Shown in pieces: positions 53,392-64,000 of a stretch of 64,000 nucleotides of DNA; positions within the stretch are counted from its first letter, which is position 1, and each line of letters opens with the position of its first letter. A model generated the notes under the pieces. That model had not been told where the DNA came from. It searched no databases and saw only the letters and a program-made list of their open reading frames with translations. This DNA comes from Histomonas meleagridis 2922-C6/04-290x. Its lineage: Eukaryota > Protista > Parabasalia. Where the stretch lies: NCBI GenBank assembly GCA_020184695.1, contig JAANOX010000134.1, forward strand, positions 186,001 through 250,000, given 5' to 3'. The position numbers were made by a program, and so were the translations under genes.

Positions 53392-54627
53392 TTACTGAAT
53401 CCATTTCACAGTTGACAAGTCAATTCCTGCTTGCTTCATTTCCCATAATGGGCTTAAGTTTCTTAATTCGACCACAGCCTTCTTTAATTGCTCGACGAAC
53501 CTATCAATTTCTTCTTTTGTTGTGAACTTAGAAAGCCCAATTCTCAATGATGTATGCGCAAGTTCATCACTTACACCCACAGCCTTTAATACGTATGAAG
53601 GCTCTAATGAATCAGACGTGCAAGCGCTTCCTGAGCTAACTGCGAACTCAGATATCTTTGCCATTAATGATTCACCTTCAACTGAATCAAATGAAATGTT
53701 AACGCAGCCAAACCATCGCGATTTTTGTGACCCATTAACTGTAATCTCTGGAATGTTTTCTTGAACTTTCTGAATAAGATATCGCCCGAGGTCTTCAATG
53801 TATGGAGAATCCCATTTCATCTCTCTCGAGGCAATTTCGGCGGCTTTGCCAAAGCCAACAATTAATGGAACAGCTAACGTTCCACTTCGAAGTCCTCGTT
53901 CTTGGCCACCGCCGCTAAGGACTGGATCAAGACGGATATGTGGTCGACTACCTACGTACAATGCTCCAATACCTTTCGGTCCATGGCACTTATGACCAGA
54001 TAATGACATGATGTTGACGCCAAGCTTCTTGACATCAATTGGGATTTTGCCGAAGCCTTGGGCTGCATCAGTATGCATCCAAATACCATGCTTCTTACAA
54101 ATGGCTGATAATTGGGAAATGGGTTGTATTACTCCAATCTCATTATTGACTGTCATGACGGATACAAGACCAGTGTCGGGTCTGATGGATTTCTCGAGAT
54201 CGGTAGGATTAACAAGACCATCCTTTTGAACTGGAAGAAATGTAACATCAAATCCTTTACGCTGAAGATAACGTGCACTTTCTAAAACGCACTTATGTTC
54301 TATTTGTGAAATAATGAGATGCTTTTTGCCTTTGTTACTAAGGTAATTCATGGCACCTTTTATTGCAAGATTATTTGATTCTGTGGCTCCAGAAGTGAAA
54401 ATAATTTCTTTTGGTTTGCAATTGACTAAACTGGCAATGCTTGCACGAGCTTTTTCAACAGCTGCCATGCTTTCTATTCCAAAGCCATGTTGTTTGGAAT
54501 GTGCGTTTCCATGTGCAAAAGTCTCATAAGGAAGCATTGCATCTAATACACGTGGATCTAATATTGATGTTGCTTGTGTGTCGAGGTAGGATCCTTTGAA
54601 ATATGATCTTGAAAAGGATTTCAGCAT
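53392..54627 (-). CDS. iscS: Cysteine desulfurase IscS/Nfs1, hydrogenosomal
   Basis: YLDTQATS, FTSGATESNN, HTDAAQ, SLSGHKCHGPKG and SSGSACTS. The presequence-like MLKSFSRSYF starts at 54627. Confidence 0.97.
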   Translation of the reverse strand: MLKSFSRSYFKGSYLDTQATSILDPRVLDAMLPYETFAHGNAHSKQHGFGIESMAAVEKARASIASLVNCKPKEIIFTSGATESNNLAIKGAMNYLSNKGKKHLIISQIEHKCVLESARYLQRKGFDVTFLPVQKDGLVNPTDLEKSIRPDTGLVSVMTVNNEIGVIQPISQLSAICKKHGIWMHTDAAQGFGKIPIDVKKLGVNIMSLSGHKCHGPKGIGALYVGSRPHIRLDPVLSGGGQERGLRSGTLAVPLIVGFGKAAEIASREMKWDSPYIEDLGRYLIQKVQENIPEITVNGSQKSRWFGCVNISFDSVEGESLMAKISEFAVSSGSACTSDSLEPSYVLKAVGVSDELAHTSLRIGLSKFTTKEEIDRFVEQLKKAVVELRNLSPLWEMKQAGIDLSTVKWIQ

Positions 54628-55057
54628 TCTTTTTGATATGTTAAGTGACCACATTCCGGCCACTTTCGCTTCAGAAAAAATTCAGAAAAATAAATAATGT
54701 CAATCAAATTTCCTTAGAAAAAGTCAAATGCCATTTAAGGGAGATTGAGTAAAATATCCGTCTTCTTAAAATTGCAATCCACTCAATCTTTAATGGTCTT
54801 TCTGCGAATATTTGAGATTAAGATCCAACTTGTTAGAGAAACATTTGCTGGTTTTATAACTGTTGTTTAGAATTAAGAAGCACATACAATAATTGTTAAA
54901 TAATAATTATTATGATATTTCAGTTGTACCTGAAAAAATGTAAACTTTCAAGAAAAATGTATATTGTTACTTATAGTTAGAAATAAGAATTATATGGGTT
55001 TTTAGTTGTTTTGATTTTTAATTGCTGAAAAAGGGTAAATTTACCCATTTCATGCTC

Positions 55058-55076
55058 TGCGGTTTGGCCAGCCTTT
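55058..55076 (+). promoter_or_regulatory. M3 + M5 core promoter of RPL30
   Basis: TGCGGTTTGG at 55058-55067, CCTTT at 55072-55076, ATG at 55081. Confidence 0.75.
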
Positions 55077-55080
55077 TTTA

Positions 55081-55419
55081 ATGGGACGCAAAAATATCAC
55101 TAAAGCACGTGAATCTATCATTAGTAGCCTCAGCCTTGTTACCAAGTCAGGAAAGTACAGCCTTGGCATTGAACAGACATTGAGGACACTTCGTTCTGGT
55201 CAAGCCAAGCTTGTTATATTTGCATCAAACATTGCACCATCACAAAAATCCCTCATAGAATACTATGCAATGCTTAGCCAATGCGATATTCTTCCATTTG
55301 ACGGCGATAATGTTGATCTTGGAACAGCCTGTGGTAAATACTTCCGCTCCTCAGTTATTACCATTATTGATGCAGGTGAATCCGAAATCCTCAAGATGAT
55401 CAAAGAAAAGTCTGAATAA
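55081..55419 (+). CDS. RPL30: 60S ribosomal protein L30 (eL30)
   Basis: LVTKSGKYSLG...YYAML...FDGDNVDLGTACGKYFR...IIDAGESEI. Confidence 0.97.
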   Translation: MGRKNITKARESIISSLSLVTKSGKYSLGIEQTLRTLRSGQAKLVIFASNIAPSQKSLIEYYAMLSQCDILPFDGDNVDLGTACGKYFRSSVITIIDAGESEILKMIKEKSE

Positions 55420-55464
55420 AATTTTCGCAATATCCTATTTTTTTTCTTTAAATATTTAATATCA

Positions 55465-56973
55465 TTAAAGTTCTTCAAGAACTTCTTCTTTTTCAGGTTC
55501 CGAAGATGCAACAGCGTTCAACAAGTCATCAAGTTCTTTTCCTATTTCTTCTTGATTCTCTCCAGGGAAATCGAACAAATGTTGACCCAAGAAATTCATT
55601 TCATCTAACATTTCATCATACGACGGTTGTGGCGGTTTAACCTTAACGTTCTCTGTTGCATATTTACAAATAAATCGCAACAAATTATTCGAAGAGAAAT
55701 GCGACCACATGTAAATTCCTTCTTTATTATTTTTGGTGAACATATGTACATGTGGCAACACTTTCAAAGAAGGGAATGGTTTCGGAGAAGTATTTAAGTC
55801 AATATTAATATAAGCAAATTTAATCGAAGTTTCTTTAAGTTGTTCAGCAATGTTTTTGAAATCTTCAATTTCATTTGGAATGAAAGCAGGATTTCCATAA
55901 AGAACAACTACATCATGTTCAGGATCATTAACAAATTCAGCATATGACTTTCCAACAAGTTTATGAATTATTTCATTATTTTCTTCTTGGTCTTCTGATT
56001 CACTTATATATTGCTTTTGAAGTTTACCTTCTCTTACATCTGATAAATATTGCTTAAAAGGAGTCCCTTTTTGATACTCATAATAATATCCTTCTTTATA
56101 ATTAAACACCCAAAAACTGGGCGGATCAACTTTTTGATTAGTGCAGATCGAATAGTATTGAAAAAGTGACTCCGATATAAAACCGAATTTGAATTCGGTG
56201 AATTGATGCGAAAGTTCATAAAGAAGTTGCTTATATTCTTCGTTGTAATCATAATCAAGGATAACAGCGAATGTTGAGTTACTTGCGATGATGTCGCGTG
56301 GCTGGAGTTGCTTGTATTTAGGAATCATTGCTTTTTGAAATGAATTGAAATCATCAAATGATTCAATAATGTTGTCATCTGCTCGGTAAACACCAAACTT
56401 ATGGTCTGTGAGTTCAAGTTCTTTGAATAAAGATTCAGATATGTTGATTATTTCAAATTGTTCTAATTCATAAGTATGTGAAAGTAAAAGGGATAGACAT
56501 TCATTGTAATTAGTTTCTTTAGAAAAGATTGTCAATGGTAGGTGGCCAAGAATTGCCTTTAGGCTATCTAATGATTTAACTGTTGGTTGATCATAAATCC
56601 AACTTCTGAATAAAAATAAAGATTGTGAAATATCGTCAGGGATTCTTGAAACTCGTGTAAGGTTTCCTTCATAGAAATGTGCAACACATGGAAGTTCATA
56701 ATCTCCTTTGGATAAAACAAGACCTGCGCCTGATTCATACATAACTCCAAAGTAAGCATCTCCTAAAAATTCAGGTGAAATTGAGACCATTACTTTAAGT
56801 GTATCCCATTCAAAATCATTGATTTTATCTGAAATAACAAGAACAATTAAATGCTTATTTTGAGATGCAATTTGTTCGAAGTTTCCTGGTTCTACGGAAG
56901 GGAGAAATCCTATTGCAGTAGAAAGATATGGGATGTGAATTGAGAAAGTTGTATGTAGAAGGAGAAAAAGCAT
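55465..56973 (-). CDS. PDI-like multi-thioredoxin-fold ER protein without CxxC
   Basis: Signal peptide, HKLVGKSYAEFVNDPEHDVVVLY (PDI a'-like start) and C-terminal EEL. No CxxC motif. Confidence 0.7.
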   Translation of the reverse strand: MLFLLLHTTFSIHIPYLSTAIGFLPSVEPGNFEQIASQNKHLIVLVISDKINDFEWDTLKVMVSISPEFLGDAYFGVMYESGAGLVLSKGDYELPCVAHFYEGNLTRVSRIPDDISQSLFLFRSWIYDQPTVKSLDSLKAILGHLPLTIFSKETNYNECLSLLLSHTYELEQFEIINISESLFKELELTDHKFGVYRADDNIIESFDDFNSFQKAMIPKYKQLQPRDIIASNSTFAVILDYDYNEEYKQLLYELSHQFTEFKFGFISESLFQYYSICTNQKVDPPSFWVFNYKEGYYYEYQKGTPFKQYLSDVREGKLQKQYISESEDQEENNEIIHKLVGKSYAEFVNDPEHDVVVLYGNPAFIPNEIEDFKNIAEQLKETSIKFAYINIDLNTSPKPFPSLKVLPHVHMFTKNNKEGIYMWSHFSSNNLLRFICKYATENVKVKPPQPSYDEMLDEMNFLGQHLFDFPGENQEEIGKELDDLLNAVASSEPEKEEVLEEL

Positions 56974-57328
56974 CTGATTTCACATAACATTTCAGCAAAA
57001 TTGTCATTGTGCTCACAAATTTGCTCTGAAAAATTTTGAATTGAAATATATGGCAAATATTATATTTCAATCAAATTGACTCTGGCACAAAAGATACTGG
57101 AGACTTCAAGAATTGAAACAAAATTTTCTAATATATAAGTTATTTGTTAGCAGTAAATGTTGCAATGATAGCCTTTTAGTATGCGCTTTTTTTTGAAATT
57201 AAGAAATAAGTTAAAGTTTTTTCACCACTAAAAGCGAAAGTTCTCTCACACGGCGTTCAGACAGAAATAAACCACTCAATTATGGATTTTTTCAATGATT
57301 ATTTGATGTAACTTTTTCATTTCATTAA

Positions 57329-58360
57329 ATGTTCATCAATAATTTAACATTAATTCACTTATCAGTGACGAATTCCTTTTCTCAGTCACCTTTGATCGCA
57401 GGGAAATTTAAATCAGTAGCAATAATAAATTCCAAATTTTTGAAATCATTTCATCAATTACTATATGGTTCATCATTTGGCCATCTAAACCTTGATAAGT
57501 CATGTTTTTATTATTTCTTAAGCTCTTTAATTCAGACTTCATCAATTCAAAGTATAAACTTAAAAGTCTATAAATCAGACCTTCCTACTTATACAGACGA
57601 TGATATTGAAATTTCAAATTGTTTATTCACCAAGATTATTTTAATTGATTTTCTTGTATCAATAAATGCAAAACTAACAATAATTAATTCCAATTTTTTT
57701 GACATTTCTAGTTCTACTTCTTCTATATTGTTTCAATCATCTGCAAATACTATTAGAGATTGTACCTTTAGGTATATTTATACAAGAATATATACAAGTT
57801 CAATTACACTTACAAATGTCTCTGTATGTGAAAGCACTTTAATTTCTCAATGTCAAATTCCTGATGAAGCATTTAATCCAATTCATATTCTATCATATGT
57901 AAATATCACAAACAACAAAATCAATAAATTTTTTGGATGTGTAGAAAATGATTTTTCGTATTCAGCTATATATCATTTTAAACAAATATTAACTGAAAAT
58001 AATAATTTCGATAGTTATTTATTCTTTTGTTACATGAAAAGAAATGAAATTAATATAATAAATTCTGTTTTTATAAATAACAATGGAATAATTTGTGATT
58101 CATCTTTGAGAGGGTTATTGGGCTTTAAAGATTTTGTAATACAAAATTCTTGTTTAAGTAATGTAACTGTTCAACCATCAAATTCAAAAGCAGTAAAATT
58201 AATAAAATGCGCAATCGATGAATCTATAACCAATGCGGACATTGAAGAGTGCACGAATGGAGAGAAATGTCCAATTTTGGATGAATCAATCCAAGAAGAA
58301 ATATTGGCATTTGATTATGGTATAATAGGTGATGAAATCATGGAATTTAAAATTGCTTGA
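57329..58360 (+). CDS. Hypothetical Ser/Asn/Ile/Phe-rich protein, possible beta-helix
   Basis: 343-aa ORF with recurring I.NC.F / I.NS.F turns. Confidence 0.55.
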   Translation: MFINNLTLIHLSVTNSFSQSPLIAGKFKSVAIINSKFLKSFHQLLYGSSFGHLNLDKSCFYYFLSSLIQTSSIQSINLKVYKSDLPTYTDDDIEISNCLFTKIILIDFLVSINAKLTIINSNFFDISSSTSSILFQSSANTIRDCTFRYIYTRIYTSSITLTNVSVCESTLISQCQIPDEAFNPIHILSYVNITNNKINKFFGCVENDFSYSAIYHFKQILTENNNFDSYLFFCYMKRNEINIINSVFINNNGIICDSSLRGLLGFKDFVIQNSCLSNVTVQPSNSKAVKLIKCAIDESITNADIEECTNGEKCPILDESIQEEILAFDYGIIGDEIMEFKIA

Positions 58361-58704
58361 AACAAAAAGTAAAAATTTTTTGTTTGTGAATACTTTGTTT
58401 TTATGAAATTACTTGAGTTGAAAATTTCGAATTATTTCTTTACACAATTTTTTTATCATTTTTCATTGTTTGAGGAGAATTGTATGTAAGAAATGAGAGT
58501 GAATTACTTTTTATATCTGTTAAATTGAAATTTCATATTTCAATTTCAAATGAAATCAATTTATAATTAAAATATTTATTCAATATAAAATAATGTATAT
58601 ATAATTGCAAAATTTTGTTATTTTTAAATTAAAATGGAAAATCTTTTCAATAATTAATAGAAAAAGTATTATCTTCAAGTATGAATGTTTATTCAATGAA
58701 AAAT

Positions 58705-60190
58705 TTAATTATTTTTTGCCATGTGTTCTTTAGAATACGATTGAAGCAATTTTACAATTTCAGTGTGACCTTTTTCTGTTGCATACATAAGTGCTGTTCG
58801 AAGTAAATTAAATAAATTCCAAATATTATTTTGAAGCTTTAAATTACAAAAATTAACTTTATTTACCAAAGGATATTTTTGTAGTGGATATTAATATTAT
58901 CTTTTTCAAGAAGTAATTTTACTATTTCGATATAACCACCTCCTGCTGCATTGACAAGTGGTGCAAAAATAAGGAATAAACTCCAAATATTGTTTTGAAA
59001 TATATAATCTTAATAAACATTTTTAACATTAATGTTGATTCCTTCTTTTCCTAGAAGTAATTTAACTATCTCAGTAAAACCAAATTTTGTTGCGATAATA
59101 AGTGCTGATAATAAAATGAATAAACTCCAAATATTGTTTTGAATTATATAATACGAATAAACATTTCTAGCATTAACATCAATATTATCTTTTTCAAGAA
59201 GTAATTGAACTATTTCTTTATGACCCTTTGAGACTGCCCAAATTAGTGCTGTCCTAATTAATTTGAATAATTTCCAAATATTTTTATGTAACAAGAAATT
59301 ATTGAAACAAATATCAAACAAAATAAATTTATATCTTTGGCATTAATATCAATATCTTTTTGTTCAAGAAGTAATTTTACTATATCTTTAAAACCATTAT
59401 GTGATGCAACTGTAAGTGATGTCCATAACTATTTAAGTAATTAACTTATAAATTTTTTAAACTCTAAATGATTAAAACAATTATTATATTGAACGAATAA
59501 ATATCTTTGGTATTAATATCAATTCCTTCTTGTTCAAGAAGTAATTTAACGATTTCTGGGTGATCAAATCTAACTGCATTCGAAAGGGCAGTATCATAAA
59601 ATCAAAATAATTTTTAATAATTATTATTAAATCCAAAATCATTGAAACAATCATTAAACAAAATGAATAAAAATTTTTAGCATTTATATCAATTCCTTTT
59701 TGTTCAAGAAGCAATTTAACTGCTTCAGTATTACCATGATATGATGCAAACATAAGTGCTGTACTATATATTTCGAATAATTTCCAAATAATATCAAAAA
59801 ATGCCAAACGATATAAACAAAAATCAAATAAATAAAATGAATCCTAAATAAAACAAATAAATATTTTTAGCATTAATATCAACATTTTCGTGTTCAAGAA
59901 GTAATTTAATAACATTAGCATGTCCAGATGAAGAAGCAAACATAAGAGCTGTGTTAAATATTACAAATAATTTCCAAATATTATATATAAATCCAAAAAC
60001 ATTAAAACAAACACTAAACAAAACATATGAATATTTCTAGCATTAATATCAATTTCTTTTTGTTCAAGAAGTAATTTGACCATTTCCTCATTTCCATTTT
60101 CAGATGCTATCATAAGTGCTGTATTAAATATATTAAAGAATTTCCAAATATTATTTTAAAATTAGAAAAAATTGGAACAAAATTTATTTT
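58705..60190 (-). repeat. Ankyrin block / spacer array
   Basis: Spacers at 60123-60185 (63), 59953-60032 (80), 59763-59862 (100), 59593-59672 (80), 59423-59502 (80), 59253-59332 (80), 59109-59162 (54), 58965-59018 (54) and 58798-58874 (77). Confidence 0.9.
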
Positions 60191-61367
60191 TAGAATTAAT
60201 ATCAATTCCTTTTTGTTCTAATATATATTTAACAAGTTCAATATTACCTATTTCAGATGAGAAAACCAAAATATCTTTTGGAATAGGATTTCCTTTAAGG
60301 AAATATTTAATCAAATATAAATTTCCAACTTTTGATGCTTCATTAATAATAGATTCATTAATTTTCATTCCAATCTCATGTAGGAATGCAAAAATATCAT
60401 AGTTATGATGAATAATACATTTCCTTCCTAATTCTTCCAAATTATTAATTTCAACAATTTTGTTTTCATAAAGATAATGAAAGACATCATTTCGATGGAA
60501 TTCAATTGCTGTTTCATATGCATCTTCAAATTTAGCATGATTTTGTTCACATAAATGAATTATCTCTAAATTCCCACCAGCAATAGCATATTTACCAGTG
60601 GACAATAATTCGATATCGTTCATTAATAAAAATTTAAAACATTTAACTGCCCCAAAAAATGCAGCATAATCAATAAGTGCATTATTATTTTGATTAATGA
60701 ATGAACATCTTTCATAAATTGAAGGTTGAATTTGATGATCAAAATTAAAATTCGTTTGAGATGATATTTCTTGAAGTTTTTCAATATTATCAGTACGTAT
60801 TACTTTTACTATTTCATTTGGATTAACTCCTTCTTGTGCTAATTCTTTCTGATGTTTCCAATTGTCTTTTTGGAGTTCTTCGATATTTTTGTAAAAGTAA
60901 TTATCATATTGACAATTTTTATAATCTTGTTCTGACAAATAGTGTGCAAAATATAAATTGTTTATATTTTTTACAACTTCTTCTTTGATTAAACCTTCTC
61001 TAATCATAGTTTCAAGAAAATAAAACGATTCTTGTGTTTTCTTTCTATGAAGAAAATGTGCTAAAATATCAATTAATTTATATTTGCATTGATTCTTTTC
61101 TTCAAATGTTTTAAATTCTTTTAAGAAATTTAAATACTTATCAACTTCATTTGGAGAAATTTCAATTGAACAATATATTATCTGACTAATGACTAAATAA
61201 AAAGAATATGTATTAGCAAAATCAAAGATATCGATAATTGATTGAACTGTTCTCGAAATTTTATCCTTATCCATTCCAAAGACATTTTGTCCGATTAATT
61301 GAAGTATTTCCCATTCACTTAAATTTTGTTTTTGAACTGGTTCATTTGGATTATTATGTTCTTCCAT
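58705..61367 (-). CDS. DUF3447 + ankyrin-repeat gene (locus D), array interrupted by 9 spacers
   Basis: DUF3447 ORF 60162-61367, then eight exact 90-nt ankyrin blocks and a terminal capping repeat (TALMYATEKGHTEIVKLLQSY...) ending at TAA 58705-58707. Confidence 0.75.
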
Positions 61368-61454
61368 TTAAAAAGAGTAAAAATTTGATTGGTTTATACA
61401 AGTAAACTATTAAATACTATCATCAACTTTTTGTTATTCAACCGCCGCCGATAG

Positions 61455-61480
61455 GGACGGTTTGGTCGATCCTTCAATCA
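61455..61480 (+). promoter_or_regulatory. M3 + M5-like (CCTTC) core promoter of RPL36
   Basis: GACGGTTTGGTC, then CCTTC at 61471-61475, ATG at 61483. Confidence 0.6.
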
Positions 61481-61482
61481 AG

Positions 61483-61746
61483 ATGTCAGGCACAGAAAAG
61501 GAAGTCGCTAAGAAGACAAGGAAGGGATCTAGTGGCAAGCGCGCCAAGTTTGTCCGCGAAGTTATTCATGAACTTGCAGGCTGGTCACCATATGAACGCC
61601 GTGCCATGGATCTCATCAAACTTGAAAAGAGGAAATCAGCCCGTACCTTCCTTAAGAAGCGCCTTGGCACCCACAAGCGCGCCATGCACAAACTGGTATA
61701 TCTTGAAAACATCATTCAAGAAGAGAACATGCAACATCATCATTAA
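61483..61746 (+). CDS. RPL36: 60S ribosomal protein L36 (eL36)
   Basis: KFVREVI.ELAG.SPYERRAMDLIK...A..FLKKRLGTHKRA..K. Confidence 0.93.
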   Translation: MSGTEKEVAKKTRKGSSGKRAKFVREVIHELAGWSPYERRAMDLIKLEKRKSARTFLKKRLGTHKRAMHKLVYLENIIQEENMQHHH

Positions 61747-61790
61747 ATCATATCTTAGATACACCAAATTTTTATTACACTATTATTTTT

Positions 61791-64000
61791 TTATTCTTCT
61801 CTATCGCCCATCAAATAAGCCACGTCGTCACAAAATTCCACGAATATTTGTCTGAATTCGTCGATATCAAATGATCGACAAAATGACTTTGCCAAGATTT
61901 CTTTGTCCATTGGTTGTATAGGCAACTGTTGGATAAAAGGAATCAACAATTTGTCGGTAAAATCCGGTACCATTGAACAAAAGAATACTGCGAATTCCAC
62001 CATCGAATCCCTCATCATGTAATGCGAACAACTGCACATCTCATTACATATTGCCGAGAACGCGTTGAATCGAAATGTCTGATCAACTCTATCTAATACT
62101 TGATATAACTTATGTGCCTCGATTATAGCTTCGATCGAAATTTTAACTGATGAAGGATCCTTCGCGCAAACGCCATCAAAGAAAAGTATTCTTAGTAAAC
62201 TTTGTTGATAAGCTTCGCCGAGTAATCCCCATCGATCAGTGATTAATATTTGTACAATTTTTAGACACGTCCATAATACATCAATTGAAGGTCCATGGAA
62301 TAATGAGTCCGTATATTGCACCATAAATTTCGCAATGTTTATCGTTTGTAATGCCGCAGCTGCAGTTCGAAAACTTGCAAGTTGATATAAGATCTTTAAG
62401 AATGACATTGTCGCATAATGTTCGAAACTTCCATCTGCAACATGAGGTAATACTGATACAAGTGGCGCAAACAAACGATTTATAAATTCGGACATTCGTT
62501 CTGCAATTTGACTTGGGAATATAGTCATAAATGACGCAATGAAATCTAATAATGGGCCAATAGCTCTTTCAGTGATATTCGTTTCATAGATGTTCATGAT
62601 TAAATCAATATAAGGTACAAACGCCGAGAAAACTAAATCTTTCGTTGCACGGATAGAAAAAGCTATACTATTAACTGCATCACGTAATAATTGTAATGCT
62701 ATTGGCATGTTTTCTGGTGAACTAAGGTTATCGAAAATGGTGGAAAATAATTGCCGAATTACATCAGCATTAGCTAATGGCCGTGCACCTCCATCCGTAG
62801 GGAAGAATGAAGCTATGATTTCGGCGCAACAGATATATAATGAATATATTGGAATAGGCATTGATGAAAATACATTTTGCATCTCAAGTAATCGATTTAA
62901 AAGTGTCTTACATGGTGTCATTGGCCGATGTATTTTTACTGTCTCAAGTAATAACTCAAGCATTGGCTGTATGAAATCTGGGCCTAATGATAATGATACT
63001 GTTAATAAATGAAATACTTTCTCTACAAAATGTAATGAATTACGTGAGAACTTTCGTACATATGTTTTAATAATTGTTTGAACTATGGCAAAAACTTGTG
63101 GTACATCAATGTTAAGTTGTTTTGTCATTAATTCATTTGTATATCGTAATAATGAATCTGATATTGTTTCATTTGATGGATCGTCATCATTTATTAGACG
63201 AATTACATTATGGAAACACATTAAAAGAGCTGTAATCGATGGCAAACAATTATTAATAGCAGTTGCTGTAGCTCTATGTACAAGTTTACATGCTTCAAAT
63301 GTATAACATAATGCAATTTCATATACAACATCATGTACAATAAGATTATCATCTTCAGTAAAATGGATTAATAATTGTGGTGATATCATGGCATCAAGTA
63401 AATGTTCAAGTAATGATATAAAATGTGGCTTATATTTCATTGGATCCATATACGTGGATTCTTTGCCGGTAAGTAGGTCACCCCAAATTTCAATCATCAT
63501 TGAAAAATGGGGTGTCCCAAATAACTTCCAAGTAGCTTGCTCAAAATTATATAAAAAGCTAGCGACTATTGATTCATCAAAAGTATCTTGTTTGAAGAAA
63601 TAGTTGGCAGCAAATGGTTGGAAAGCATGAAGAATCGATTTGATGTATGCATCAGAAACTTGGTTAGTTCCAAATAAACAAATTTCATACTCAAAAAAGG
63701 CAAAAACAACCCGCAAAAATCGAGCACGAAACTCAACAGTGTGTACAGAAAGTGCATCGTAACGAGAAAAAAGTTCAAAAATACAATCATGTGCTTCCTT
63801 GGCAATATCACCAACTTCTGAACGAGAATAATTGAGGAGAATTTCAACAAGTTCGGGTGAAATAAAGTTGGGCGAGATCCAGTGAAGAAATGATTTTAAT
63901 AATCCAAATGCTCTTACAGTGGTTGGGAAAGGATTTTGATTTGCATCTTTGAGGATATTAACAACTTGAAATGTAATTTGAGGAACAAGAGAAACAAATG
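61791..64000 (-). CDS. Importin-beta/exportin-family HEAT protein, 5' partial
   Basis: The frame of ORF 61791-63716 stays open to the right window edge (FLHWISPNFI...EAHDCIFELF). All-helical. Subfamily not determined. Confidence 0.65.
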   Translation of the reverse strand, partial: FVSLVPQITFQVVNILKDANQNPFPTTVRAFGLLKSFLHWISPNFISPELVEILLNYSRSEVGDIAKEAHDCIFELFSRYDALSVHTVEFRARFLRVVFAFFEYEICLFGTNQVSDAYIKSILHAFQPFAANYFFKQDTFDESIVASFLYNFEQATWKLFGTPHFSMMIEIWGDLLTGKESTYMDPMKYKPHFISLLEHLLDAMISPQLLIHFTEDDNLIVHDVVYEIALCYTFEACKLVHRATATAINNCLPSITALLMCFHNVIRLINDDDPSNETISDSLLRYTNELMTKQLNIDVPQVFAIVQTIIKTYVRKFSRNSLHFVEKVFHLLTVSLSLGPDFIQPMLELLLETVKIHRPMTPCKTLLNRLLEMQNVFSSMPIPIYSLYICCAEIIASFFPTDGGARPLANADVIRQLFSTIFDNLSSPENMPIALQLLRDAVNSIAFSIRATKDLVFSAFVPYIDLIMNIYETNITERAIGPLLDFIASFMTIFPSQIAERMSEFINRLFAPLVSVLPHVADGSFEHYATMSFLKILYQLASFRTAAAALQTINIAKFMVQYTDSLFHGPSIDVLWTCLKIVQILITDRWGLLGEAYQQSLLRILFFDGVCAKDPSSVKISIEAIIEAHKLYQVLDRVDQTFRFNAFSAICNEMCSCSHYMMRDSMVEFAVFFCSMVPDFTDKLLIPFIQQLPIQPMDKEILAKSFCRSFDIDEFRQIFVEFCDDVAYLMGDREE

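Noticed and set aside
58798-58877. U12-type AT-AC introns (ATATCCTTT at one spacer start, AC at the block start)
   Set aside because: Splicing AT...AC does not restore the reading frame, and ATATCCTT occurs in only one spacer.
58705-60190. CRISPR-like repeat-spacer array
   Set aside because: The conserved units are protein-coding ankyrin blocks, the spacers are homologous to one another, the DNA is eukaryotic, and there are no cas genes.

Overview
AT-rich, gene-dense eukaryotic DNA from a parabasalid. An IBD-domain gene, DUF3447-ankyrin genes, IscS with a hydrogenosomal-type presequence and M3/M5 core promoters support this; a Tritrichomonas-like species is my inference. Housekeeping genes include GlyRS, RPS23, RPL30, RPL36, IscS, calreticulin, Rab21-like, TBC, DHHC, Atg6, acyl-CoA synthetase and an exportin-like gene. 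They are interspersed with at least 7 DUF3447/ankyrin loci or relics. Main discovery: in four of these loci (5.6-8.0, 8.9-10.6, 39.6-41.7 and 58.7-61.4 kb) the ankyrin array is split into exactly 90-nt, almost always stop-free coding blocks, one repeat each. The blocks are separated by 23 related AT-rich spacers, 14 of them exactly 80 nt, all at the same beta-hairpin position. 17 spacers break the frame and 3 more carry in-frame stops, yet none has usable GT-AG or AT-AC ends. This points to a non-canonical intron, translational bypass or cassette-recombination system for building variable ankyrin proteins. Second: a four-domain prosaposin-like gene has an in-frame UGA exactly at a conserved cysteine. 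No tRNA, rRNA, CRISPR array or transposase was recognised.
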